Part shown: positions 26,601 through 38,689 of the stretch, piece by piece
Numbering within the stretch: the first letter of the stretch is position 1
How the letters are laid out: each line of letters starts with the position of its first letter
Source of the DNA: Phallusia mammillata
Lineage: Eukaryota
Direction of reading: 5' to 3'
Assembly (NCBI GenBank): GCA_965637545.1
Contig: OZ281497.1
Location: 9,114,001-9,178,000 of the forward strand
DNA: 64,000 nucleotides
Notes under the pieces: model-generated
What the model saw: the letters and a program-made list of their open reading frames with translations, nothing else
The model's database searches: none
What the model was told of the DNA's origin: nothing
Made by a program: the position numbers and the translations under genes

Positions 26601-29600
26601 CAAACATTTTGCTAACCCGAATTTTATCTTCCGTGACAAATCGGAACCTTCTAGAAACGGAAACTGGGCCGCAATCGCATGCAATCTACTTCACGGACAA
26701 GTACTTGGTTCAAACGTAAAACAGACTGGCCCTTAAAGCGTCGTTTAACATGCATTGTTTTACAGGTGCAGAAATGCGTAGGTGATAAGTTTAGATGAAG
26801 CCTGAAACGTTTTTTGGTGCAAAAGTCAAGCAGAAAGTGAAGCAGACCATCTAGGCGAATAACATTTGTCTAATTAGACAGTGCAGCACCGAACGAGAAT
26901 TTTGAGAGTGTTTAAAATGGCCGCAAAGACGTCAAACTGTAAACCGTAAACCAATGTAACCTCTAATTTCTCCGAACAGTTTCATCAGGAGTACGAAAAA
27001 CGTAAGCGGATAAAAATAGCACTTAACAGATGTAAAATAAGAGCCCTTCCTACCATGTGCGTGTACATTTCCTGCACGATACGTGATTGATATGTATTTG
27101 GCTCCACGTTTTGAACCCTAACCAAGATATTGACTGTTGTAAATATCGCTACACTCCGTTTCCGAATACAGTTTGTAGCATGAGCTTCGACTTTACACGA
27201 GGGGGTTTAATGCCACATTGGCACACTGTAGTGTGAACCCAAGACATGACAAGTCTAAACACGGCATAAGGAATACTTGAAAGTGCTTAGTAGTTGTTGA
27301 TTGGGCGAACCACGCGTACACATTTCGTGAGAAGCCCGGCCGCTTACACGCCTCGCCACGTTGCTGGTAGCGTGCGAACAACTGTATCAAATCCGTCGCG
27401 TGGCATACAGGCGTCACTCAGACCATCGATGTAAGTACGGCGATTAGCGGAACGCCGATTGGAAAGTGGCTCGCGTGATGGCTTCAAACGGTCCTCGTTC
27501 GCACGAACGCTTGACCACTTCCAGCGCAAACAGCCAAAAGTCGATGACGTCATACACTTGAACTCGTTTCACCCCGGCCTGTCCGCACGCGAATCTGTTG
27601 TTTTGCTCCTTAAGCCGTTTCGGAAATCGACAAACACATCTGCTTTGCTGCAGTTAATCTTTACGATGCACGCGAAGATTAGTCTAAGCGTGACAAACAC
27701 CAGTAATGGGACAGAACCCAGAATACACGACATAGAAAAATCACGTCGGCAAGCTATTCCTGGATTGCTTTCCCACATGAACATGAATAGAGTCATGTCT
27801 GGAATTTCTGCGGGTTTTTGATGTCACGTTAAAAAATTACGAGGTCATTGACCCCAATTTTTTCGGATCACAAAATACAACTTATATACTAACCTATTGG
27901 AAGTTAGCCCAAAAATTGCGGTGAATGGTTTATAGTTATAATTTTTGGTAGAGAAACGTGTCAAGGATAAAGGGGATCATATTTGACTTTCGTGTAACAA
28001 ACCACCTTAGGTATTTTTGTATGCCAAGGGTACGCCCAATAAGTAAGGCAACTTTACAGGAGTTGACTGACCACAAGCTATTTCTCCATATCAACTACGT
28101 TAGCGTTAAGCTCACCGCAAGTGACATAACAATACGAGCAAAACACAAGCAAGTAGTTTCTCCAAAAACTGCAGTCAATCAGACCAGACGAGTGCACGAT
28201 TTTACATAGCGTGTGTGTATTCGCTATTCGTGAGACCTGCTACAGGATTGCGTGCAGACGAAAGAAACGCATCCTATAGCTTAGGAGGCAGTGCTCGCGT
28301 GGAAGGCAGACATTTCATGCGACCCGGGAGCCGTAAGAAAACAGATTGGCGATCCGTAATTACATGCCCGAGGTGCACCGAGATGAGTCGCACGCGATCC
28401 TCATTAAGGACTAAAAATACACGAGTCCACAGGATGGCGAGATTTTCCGCACTCGCCTTAAATCATCCCGCATGATGGAAAGACTAACCGAGGACAGCAC
28501 GTCTTTTGGAATAAGCAGCCTAATCCTAACACCGGCGCGATACTCAAGATTCATTTCCACGCATGCTCGGTTGTTTTCATTAATGTTTAACTTTTTCTTT
28601 CGTAACTCTGAAAAATCTTCACTTTATATGATATTCGTTTGCTTTGGACGAACAATTTCCTCGCTATGTAGAAGTGATGTCTATATATGTTTTGGGAATT
28701 TGCTCAAAACAAAAATAAATGATAGTTTGCTTATATTTTTTGCTTTTTGGGGAATTATGTTGTTACGTTTCCGACGTTTTGGCGTCTCAATAACGATAAT
28801 GGAACACTACAACAAATTTATTTCTATCAAACACTACAATTAGTGCTATAATGACGACCCGATAAGCGCTAGCACCAAAAGATTGATAACAAATTTAGTT
28901 CAGAGGCAATCTCAAGAGTCTGTTTTTACGTTCATTGTGTTTACACGCAGTTGAATGCTTCAGAATCATAACAGCATCACTTACGTCAAAGTTACGTGGA
29001 CTGCAAACAATTTTTGTTAAATGTAATGTATGTTCCCGAAATTACGTAACACGTACTTGATATTGCGTTATCAAAGGTTGCAATTTTTGCTTAACGTCGC
29101 TTGGACTTGAAATGAATGCAATATGTTAAAAACAAATTACACCCATTCGCACAAAACTTACGGGATAGACAAACCTTAGGTTCAACAGTTACGTGGAAAA
29201 GGTCACCTATCTAACCTCCACAACCCTTATGCTCAAAATAAATCGAAAATTGTAGAGTAGCACACCACGTTAAGAGTGGCTAAACTGTGACGGAACAGGC
29301 TATGTACATGAAGAGCATCCTTATATATTCTCCATAGGACAGAGGTTATGCAAACATACTTGAGTTTGTCTGTGGCCGCGTCTACTCACTTTTTACTCAC
29401 ACAGCTGCAATTGTTTGAGAAACAATAACTTCCTGTTGCTATAAATTGAACATATGAGCTATTTTTGCATTAAGTACACTGCCTTATGGAAAAAAATAGA
29501 CGCGCACTCTTAACAAAAGGCAAACAACGCAAATACTTTTGATCCAAATTAAGTTGAACTCTCTATACGACAGGGTTAATTACACTTGTACAAAATGGTT

Positions 29601-32600
29601 TCGACACCGTTCAGACTAAATTAATAAAGTAAGATTAAAGTTGCACTTGGAAATCTTTTCTTATTAATGAAATCCCCTTGCAAGTAAAACAAAGGACTGG
29701 CGATTCAGGGCAAATTTTTCATGACTGCAGGAAATTTCGAAGTGAAAACACCAAATCAGTCGCTGTATTAATGTTTTCACTGTGAAATTTCCTGAAGTTG
29801 CACTAATGTTTGTAACTAAAAATCCATACAAAAGTCTTATAAAATAGAAAATCGGATCTGCAGGGTTCTTTGGCATTTTGCAACACATTCGCGAAAAAGC
29901 TTGGACGCGAGTAAAAATAGCCGAAAAAGTCTTTGGATTCGATAGTCTCGCGATTTTACACAAAAGGTGCAAAAAATGATTGGATATTGTGGGAAAAGTT
30001 TTCTGCTATTCCTCCGAATTTTGCAAATGTATAAGTAGTCACGTAGGCAATTATAAGCATTCAAAGGTCATTTCGATAATAATGTGTTGCAACCAAACCA
30101 TGAAATTAAAATGCAAAAAACACGGTTTAAAAACTGTAACTTTTGTCTTATTTAGAACGACCACATTCGACCTATAAAATGTAGCACGACGCGGCGGAGG
30201 CACCCTGTAATTTTGGTTAGCACAACTGCCATGTAAAGCGCCGTTTCGCAGCCGCTTTCGCGTATTTCCAGCCACACGGAAGTCAGCAACTTTGACCTCG
30301 ACTAAAAACGGAGCGAAAATTTCCGGACACTTTCACGAATCCGTGCTCAACAGAGCGAAACGATTTCACGAATGACTCCCGAAAAAACGCGTTCTTAGAA
30401 AGCAAGAAGGCCGCAGTTTTTAATTGCTCCGTTGAAGTTGCATTCCGTATGGTCTTGGCGTGACAAGCACTGTTGTGAACCGACAAGGGGAAACAAACAA
30501 GGCTGGCCCGAGCTACTGCGCTTTATATGTTGCTATAAGGCTTTCAAACAATGCGCCTCCAGTTTAAAATGGATTTTTCTCCATACGTAAGAATGCACAA
30601 TCAATCATTAAGATGCATAATCAAATCATTCAAGTTTGGACATGAAAGCACTACTAGAACTTTAGACCTTTAATTTCGTAGAAACTTGCTACATTGCGTC
30701 TGGAGTGAGACGGGTTCGTTTTTCTTTGGGGACACAAAGACAAAATATGCAAACGTCTATAGCTGCAAACTGAGTTAATGTGTTTATAAACCACTAGCAA
30801 ACGGGCACCAATTTTGTGCATTTACGGGATTTGCATTTGCACAAGAATTCAAACAAGCCACGGTCAGTGGATTCACGCAAAATCTATGAACCAAAATTAC
30901 ATCAAAAATCGTGAAACTTTCTTTGACAATTTAGAGATTTATTTGATAACATTTCAAGATAAGGCACCATCTCAAAACGTTGACACAAAAACTGCTTTAC
31001 TTTATTACGTCTAAACCAACCCTTGATATTTCACGCACACACGCCAAAAATATGAGGTAAAAGTAATTTGGAAAGTTTTAAGGAACAGAAAATGCTCAAA
31101 ATTTGAGAGATTTCGAAACGCTGACATTTGTGCAAAGGATCGGTAGCCACACCTCCGTTTTTAAGCCGGCGCGGCAGAAAATGTCGGAATTTGCGTGACG
31201 CGATTCGGTTTGCATTTGGACCATGACGTTGCAAAATTGTTTATGACGTCATAAAGGTTACAGGGTTGGGTTTATTTCACATTCAAGTCGGAATGCTTAT
31301 TTTGTTTTGCTTTTCAGGAAAAAATCTAGTTTTGCATTATTTAACAAAGTTTGCTTTCAAAAAGACAGATGTGTAATAATTTTGATTTGCCATCATGAAA
31401 ACGTTAAACGATTTGCCAAATGGAAACGTTAAACGTAATGCACAGGTACTTTCACCAAACACAGCAGCAATGTGACCAAAAATGGCCGTTGCCTATTTTA
31501 ACTGCGTAAAAACTACCGGTAAAAGCATAAAAATGTACATCAAGGAAACAAACTTTAATTCAATTCAAAGTTATATTTGTACTTTAGTGCAGGGGTCGGC
31601 AACCTTTTTTGCACTGCGGGCCGTTTTTGAAACTGAAATTTTATAGCGGACCGGACATAAAAAACTACAAATATTTGGGAATAAAAACGCATAAATTAGT
31701 TTATAATTCCCAGGAAGCATGGGCAAAATGTTTCAAAGCATCTGGCCTGATAACGTATACGGCCTGGTAACAAACTTCTAGTGGACCGGCGGTTGCCGAC
31801 CACTGCCTAAGTGTACAAAAGGCGGGGGCTCCAATAAGACGCTGTTTCGTACAAAGCAAAAAGATTGGTTGGCAGCGACCAAAAGCAACCTTTGACCACG
31901 AGGAAAAAAGTTCTCTCGTTTTCTTTTCGCCGGTCGCTCGACTTCTTCCTTTTTCTCTCTTCAAGTCGATGTCAAGGCGTCAGGTGGCAAACGAACCCAG
32001 GCAGGTTCACATGCCGATCTCGTAACTCAAGCCGACGATCGGGGCAGCTCGGCACGCTATCGGACAGACCACATAAGACGGGTACTGATAAGGCGAGAGC
32101 TGTTACGCGTCTTTCTCTCCCCTTGAGCCCCGTCAGACTCTGACATTTGCCAGCTTGTCGTGGTTGCCCCAGTCATTTCGCGGGGGTCCGGAAAAGTGGT
32201 TTGAAAACCGCTGGTTGAGCAGAAAGCGTTGGTGACAATTGGCGCCATTGTCAACCACCACAAATTGGACCCTTTACCGGAAAACTAACGTGGGTTATGC
32301 TTCATCGGTGTATGACCGTTTGCAACGCGTATTTCGCAATCCATGAGAATTTTAAAAAATTTAACGGATGCGAGTTTCTTATTGTTTCACCTGACTGAAA
32401 AATGCACACATGAATAAGACCAACTGTGGCTAAACCCTTTTGAAACAGTATGGACCTGCGATAAGCGCGTAATTGTCAACAATTCACCCCAACGCTTCGG
32501 CACGCTTTACAGATTTCAAAAAGTCGTTTGAAAAACTATTTACAGATTTCAAAAAGTCGTTTGAAAAACTGTTTACAGATTTCAAAAAGTCGTTTGAAAA

Positions 32601-35600
32601 ACTATTTTTTGTAGTACAAATAAAAATGAATGACTTTTAACATATTAAAATGTTTCAGAAACTTGGAATTGCTTGCGACTTTTTTGTGTCTTGTTTTACC
32701 TATAAATAAACCGATACATGTGTAATTGAATCGCCTCTGCCAAGCCGTCGATAATAGCTCAGAAGACGGACGGGAGTGCAGCGCGACAACCAAATGTGAG
32801 AATGTTCTGTGCATCTACAAATAAACAAAGCGGCTGAACATTTTGCCCGAAGCGTAGTCTTTTGCCGTTTTGAGAATGCATCACAAAACAAAAAGGAATT
32901 TTACGCAGATGGACAAAGTCGTTGGGCGACACTGTTACCAGCAAATAATGCGATTCACTAAACGCGGTTTGGTGGCAGTTTTGAGACCACATAAAATGAA
33001 ATTTCAACATACTCGCCCCCTGTGTGGTTAGAGATGTACTTAACCAGTGCTCAACATATAAAAGCGAACATTGAAACATTTAAATGTCTAAAACAGTGAT
33101 TTTCAAACTATGTGCAGAGTTACACCATGCAGTGCGCCCTGAGAGATTTCCGATTGTCCCGCGAAATCTTCGCTAGTTTAAAAGTGGAAACATTATCTAG
33201 TGTTTTAGGACTTAATGACGAATTGTATGTTTGTTTGTTTTTTCGTAGAAACCAATCTCAGCACCCACCACAATAAAGTTGCAAATTAACATTGGTTTGG
33301 ACCACTGGTCTAAATACACTTAGGTATATAACTGCTAGATTTTTTACATGCGATGCGATGACTCACCAACCTTCATGACGCCATCAAACATGAAAATCGC
33401 CCCGTCGGCAATACTACGGCATTTTCGCCAAAATTTGTACACCGTGCGAAAAATCGTCTACATAGAAAAATCATTGCACTCTGAAAGCCTAAAAATACGA
33501 CTTATATCAATTCCATGATAATCCGGGCATCGGTGCATTATTTGGAATATTTTAAATGAGGCAGAATTTCATGACCAGCAGTAACGGCATTTTGAAAAAC
33601 AGTGTGTCATTTCGTTATTCTGCAGGACGCATTTTTGGTGTAATCTATAAAATGTACTTAATAGAACAACGAAAGCGAAACTAAAGTTATTTAAAACCAG
33701 TGAACTACAAAAAATAGAGATGCTTTAAGAGATGCTTAAAATAATAACCTTTTTAAGTGTACAGATTTAAAAATGACGTTATTATTGTCAACTCCAAAAC
33801 TATACATGAACATGACAGAGAACAAACCTACTAATGATTCATGCGACCATAAAACGCCAGAATTCTTTCCAACATTTTTGGGCGTTTTAGCATAGTTCTA
33901 GTCTTACATCGTAAATTTTCTATATTTGCCCGACTCGCCCTTAAACACAGATGGAGTGAGAAAAACAGCCAAGCAAGGGTGTAATTCTGAGATTATAGAC
34001 GGTTTTAGTAGGATTAAACGTAAAGGTCTTTGGCAAAAACCCCGCAGGAGAAGTAACATGTTATGACAAACCAGGAAGATGTAATACAGCGTGTTAGAGA
34101 AGTTTCATGTCACATATCATGTTAGATGAAGTGTCTTCAAGCTCAACAAGTTTTCCTAATGTTTAACATGACGAAAGGAATGCTGCCCTAACAGTTGTGT
34201 GGAGTCAGCAATTTTTTCACATTCATGTTTGTTGCAATAAACCCGCATCTCCTTGTCGCCTATAGCCCATACGTTTCAAGTTCTAGCCCTTGTAGGTAGA
34301 GTATCTTGTTTTTAGCGCAAAAATTGCACAACTTGTGCACATATTAATAGCCACCGCCTTAAGAATAAAGTGCCCTAATTCTTTACCACACTGTAGAAAC
34401 ACAATATATGCCCCAAGTAAGACAACAGTAAAGGATGCTCATAAAAATGGATCACATTTAGCTGCAAATTTGCACATAACGATTTACACCAAGGCAGAAA
34501 AATGCATTTTCTAGGCCCGACGGTTAATTTACTGGCGCAGTGACTCCGCGACGGGATTTCGACAGCCCTTTAGTTTAAGCGACTAATACTATATGCCTAC
34601 CAACGGCTCAACGACATGATTTGTCACATAAAGGGAAAGAGAGTCCCGTTATGGGAAAGATTTAGAGCGTAACCACGCCGGAATGGTGGTCAATGATGCG
34701 ATACGTACCCTGCTCTGCGTTTAACGTTGCCTTAGTCGAATCAATTTCAAGCCCTTCGTCAAGCAAAGGTCCGTACCGTTGGCGGTTGTTCAACCCGCAA
34801 ATGGGTTCGTTTGAAATGCGAAAGTATGCCAGCTGTGCCCGGGCACCGGTCACGCCCATTGGAGCTTACAAATGTGCTGCATTGCTCAGGCTCCCTTATT
34901 TTCAAATTTATTAACGTGGTTCAGCTTCGGTAAAGCTGCTCGGCGCGGAAATCTTGAGTTAAAACTAAATAAACCGTTGTCGCGGGGTCATGGCCGTAAA
35001 AATGATATTAGTACTTTAGTTTGAATAATAATTCTGTAAGGTATCACTATTTTCAATGCCATACTACATTTCTCTGTTTCTATAATGTTTTGGTGGCAAA
35101 ATTCCTGATAGAGTGGCAAAATTTACGATTACCAAATAAGGCTTATTTTCTTGTTAGCTCATACTCTTTTACGAGACAAATGCAAAATAAACATCATAGT
35201 TCTTTTACCAATGAATTATTTTTTTTAATTGACTATGCCAGCAGAATAAACACATCTCGTTGAAATACGATTGTCCTCTAAACTAGAACTTTTACCAATA
35301 CATGTTATTTCAAAGTTTGATTTCAATGAAGAAAGTCACGTTTTACCGATTTAAGGTTTTAAAACATTGCTTTATATTGGAGTGAGCGTAAACCCAGGGG
35401 GTACGGATCACCGAATCAGGGGACGCGTATTTAAGTTTTACTCTGGTTAAACTAATTTAACATTTGTCAAAAATACCACAATATCAATTTCTTGTGTCAG
35501 GTATAACGTAGGAAAAAAATCATAAAAGCTGAAAGCGTACAAGCGTCAGAAAAGTGTTAAGAACCATGGCTTAAAGTATGCGTTCGCGTGTTGCGGTCGG

Positions 35601-38588
35601 CCACAGTTTATTTACCGGTGATCCTCCGTGATTCCGACGCCTGACGCATTCTATTGTCTAAACTTCGGCAAACATTGCGCGCTAAACCCAATGTATTGTC
35701 TTGCGGCAATTCCGTATGCCAGATCATTCTCTGACACGCCACTAATCCTCGAAAGCCGGTTGGCATTTCAAGTCAGTGAAGGGTCGCATGTTGCTCATGA
35801 CTGATTCAAATGATAATCTCCGAAACAATTTTCTTGGCATTCTAGTTCATCAGTTCAATCGCTCTTGCAGATGCTGTGTTGCCACTTGCCAGTTTTTAAA
35901 TCGAACATTTTTCAGAAAAATATATCGCAATCCACAACGATTTGCGTAAAATCATTCTTCTAGTTTCGTTTTCCGCAACATTGCTGTGTTCGTTTTTGAT
36001 GTTATTCATGTTTTTTGTTAGTATTTTTGTGTTAAGCTTTTATTATGTCATGTATTGTTGTTTTTGCTTTGCTACTCCAACCCCACAACCCCAACATGAG
36101 CACTTTTTACTTATTAAATAAACAGTAACGGGTCAGCCAGTGTTTAACCTTTCACTGACCCTGTCACGCAGTTATTTTTTCGTTTGTGTAACTTATTTCC
36201 TTTTTAAAGCGGGGCATTAAAGTATTAAATTGAATTGGAAACTAACACAGTATTGGCGAGGTGTATTTGAACTATTTTCGCGTAAAAACAATTTTACAAA
36301 TATTATCACATCAGTAATTTGAGCTGAATCAAGTTCGTCATGCATAAGCACCAAGTACATAGTTTGCGGATGGTTTTATTGATAAAAAAGCACGTCTCCA
36401 CTTGCACCCTAATATTTCATACCACGGGGCATTAAGTGGTAGACATTTGATCTATCACAACAATGCAACGACTTATTTGTCTAATGTTACACAACACCTT
36501 AGCGGGTTTGCATCTACGCCCCATAATCTACGCGACATTTTCCAATAGGATTAAAACAGCCACGAAAAGGGGTGTCAACAAAACCTTTGGCGGAAAAGCC
36601 TTGACAGACGATCTCAAGAGTTTCCATTTTCCTTATCAAAAAATCGTATGTTAACCTTTATGGTGCTTACATAATAGTTTATATCATGTTAAGCGTTAAC
36701 TCTAATTAAAAAGCTTGCGTAATGGTCATTGCCCCCCGCTGGCATGTTACATGTGATGCAGACACAAGGCTTAAGGATCGGGGCTCTCGTGCAGCCTCTC
36801 CGCTGCTTAAATGGCGACCGACGGCAAACGCGTGAACTCGCCACTCAAAGATGACCCCATAAACAAACAAGAGACAGCTTTGGTCGGCAGACGCTTCCTC
36901 AAACAGAAACCAAGGCTCTATTGCAGGCCCACACCGCCGCGGGGATAGCTTAACGCGAAGCCGAGGACAGTTGCTGCATCCTAATCCTGTAAGTGCGAGT
37001 CAGGGGAGCAGCTTTTATCGTCGGTCGCGTCGCTGGGAGCTCACCTCGTTAACATACCGAGGCTGATGGGTTTTTTTCCAAACAACCGAACAAGGCGTTC
37101 AAGTCGAACCTAAGCGCGGCGAATTGGCAAATGTCACGCGAACTCAACGATACGGGTCGAACCACTGGCGATCAAACACGATAAGACAAGCGTAAACACG
37201 ATAAAAATATCGAATTATCATGGAGCGGCCGGTTCGCACCGGAAGGCCATCGAACCCCAAAAGATTCACAAGCGTTGTCATAGCGACGCTTTTCGAAACA
37301 GGGAATGCCGTGCGGCCAGACAAAAGCTTTTTCGAGCGGAAATTGAAGCTGAAGTTCATGTAGGCTGATTATTGGCCGCTAAAAGGGCATTTTCTGGCTG
37401 CCTGAGGGATTTGTAGGCATCGGTGCATTTCAACAACTTAATAAATTTCCTCGAATTTTAAATGCGCAGTTTCGGTTCGGGCGAAATCAATTGAAACGGT
37501 CGCAGACCCCATGGGAACTTTATCAGAATCGTCCGTATTATTCACACCGGTTATTTGAAAAACTATTTACAATCATGGATCGTGTCAACCAAACGCATCA
37601 TTAAAAATTGTTGGACGTAATGTAAATTAATGAACGTACCTTGTTTGAATACTCGTAGCGATGTCCGAACATCATGGCACAGACGAGATTGGCAACGCCA
37701 ACTTGAATGATATTCTCTGCTGCATTCTCCTCTTTTGATTTTCCGCACAGTTCCTTGACCAAGTGCAATGTCTCCGTACGGACGTGACGACACAACAAAC
37801 CACGTGTTTCCGACTTTGACGTAAACCGATGCAAAAGTTTGATGACCACTCGCTTCATGTCTGTCCATTTCTGTCCAAGACTTAACTCGCTGTTAAAGAC
37901 GATTCCTCTGCCTTGTGAAATTTGGCGAAACGAGTTGAATTGCGGGCGACCGGAAAATACTCGACCCTGTCGTTGGAGGGCGTCCCGGATCACCTTGTAA
38001 CTGTTTAGGACGATTACGTCGACATTTCCAAGCTTCATGAGGTAGATGTTGCCGTATCTGTTGAACAAAAACATTTTAATCAAATAATAACAGTTTGCTC
38101 ATGCTGCATGCCTTTGTCTAATTTATACCAAGTGTACATTATTGAAATGGGTTCTAGTCAGTGGTGTGATTAAGCCTGTTCGCACCGGTTCTACAGAACT
38201 GTCTCACGAAATTTTATGAAATCAGCGAACCGATTAGCATTACCGATTACTGTCAATTGACTATTTGTAAAAGAACCGGCTAAAAAATATGACTTTTGTG
38301 ATAGAACCGGCTGACAAAAAAATTGGTTATAGTTGATATATTTGAACCAATCTTTGAAAGGCGACTGTACAAAACTTACTTTTTTGCCATGGCTTGCATA
38401 GACTGCTGTGGTTTGTCGCCAAGTGACAAAGCATTGCCTATCACTGGCCAAGGAAAAGGACCTGGTATGTTCGGCCGAGAAGAGAAGTACGAAAATATTT
38501 TCCGAAGCAGAAAGAGCAGCAAGATTGAAATGACCATTTCAGCTTTGAAGTCGTCCAGAAACTCAACTACTTTGAATAGCAAAGACAT
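8645..38588 (-). CDS. CYP1: Cytochrome P450 family 1 (CYP1B/1C clade, tunicate CYP1F-like), 6 exons, ~594 aa
   Basis: Exons 38588-38380, 38057-37640, 15735-15649, 10595-10519, 10021-9805 and 9421-8645. All junctions are GT-AG, phases match, and the total is 1785 nt. Motifs: N-terminal anchor + PGPFPWPVIGN, FSGRP, VANLVCAMMFG, GSQIDVMPW, I-helix DVFGAGQDTLSTIIQW (CYP1B1 has DIFGASQDTLSTALQW), ExxR (EIFR), PYRF and heme motif FSTGIRKCPG. The subfamily name needs phylogeny. Confidence 0.92.
16887..16931. repeat. Truncated hAT/Charlie-like MITE end
   Basis: CAGGGGTCGACAACTTGTGGCTC...GCGGCCCC resembles the termini of the elements at 31590 and 47497. No partner TIR seen. Confidence 0.4.
31590..31805. 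mobile_element. hAT/Charlie-like MITE
   Basis: TIRs CAGGGGTCGGCAACC / GGTTGCCGACCACTG. Flanks CTTTAGTG / CCTAAGTG match at 6 of 8 positions. Confidence 0.75.
32506..32604 (+). repeat. Tandem repeat, 3 x 33 bp
   Basis: Unit TTTACAGATTTCAAAAAGTCGTTTGAAAAACT(A/G), three head-to-tail copies with no spacers. Confidence 0.95.
38159..38335. repeat. Dispersed MITE family (CAGTGGTG(G/T)GATT terminus), copy 2, in CYP intron 1
   Basis: Shares AGAACTGTCTCACGAAATTTTATGARATCAGCGAACCG with 51168-51255. Its 3' half matches the reverse complement of 6271-6410. Confidence 0.75.
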
Positions 38589-38682
38589 TTTGTCCAATTT
38601 TCATGTGCACGATTGGTAGGAATGTTCTTCCGTCGTTCAGTTGTTCAACTGGCTTTAAACTCTCGATCCAGTTTGACAGCGC

Positions 38683-38689
38683 TTTTATA
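38683..38689 (-). promoter_or_regulatory. TATA box of the CYP1 gene
   Basis: GTATAAAAGC on the minus strand, about 95 nt upstream of the CYP ATG at 38588. Confidence 0.6.

Noticed and set aside
27459-27821. 120-aa plus-strand ORF, and similar 60-125-aa ORFs in the CYP introns and intergenic DNA (e.g. 28472-28843, 34662-34859, 39286-39612)
   Set aside because: No recognisable domains and no consistent splice-phase chain. They coincide with GC-rich, stop-poor islands or AT-rich low-complexity DNA.
32075-32094. Partial resemblance to miR-184 (AAGACGGGTACTGATAAGGC)
   Set aside because: The seed differs (AGACGG vs GGACGG) and I saw no clear precursor hairpin. Most likely chance.
32506-32604. 33-bp direct repeats as a CRISPR array
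   Set aside because: The repeats are head-to-tail with no spacers, there are no cas genes, and the context is eukaryotic.
37601-38597. Two separate P450 genes or fragments (one at 37.6-38.6 kb, one at 8.6-15.8 kb)
   Set aside because: The pieces are non-overlapping, collinear parts of one CYP1 protein and join in the correct phase. No duplicate exons were found in between.
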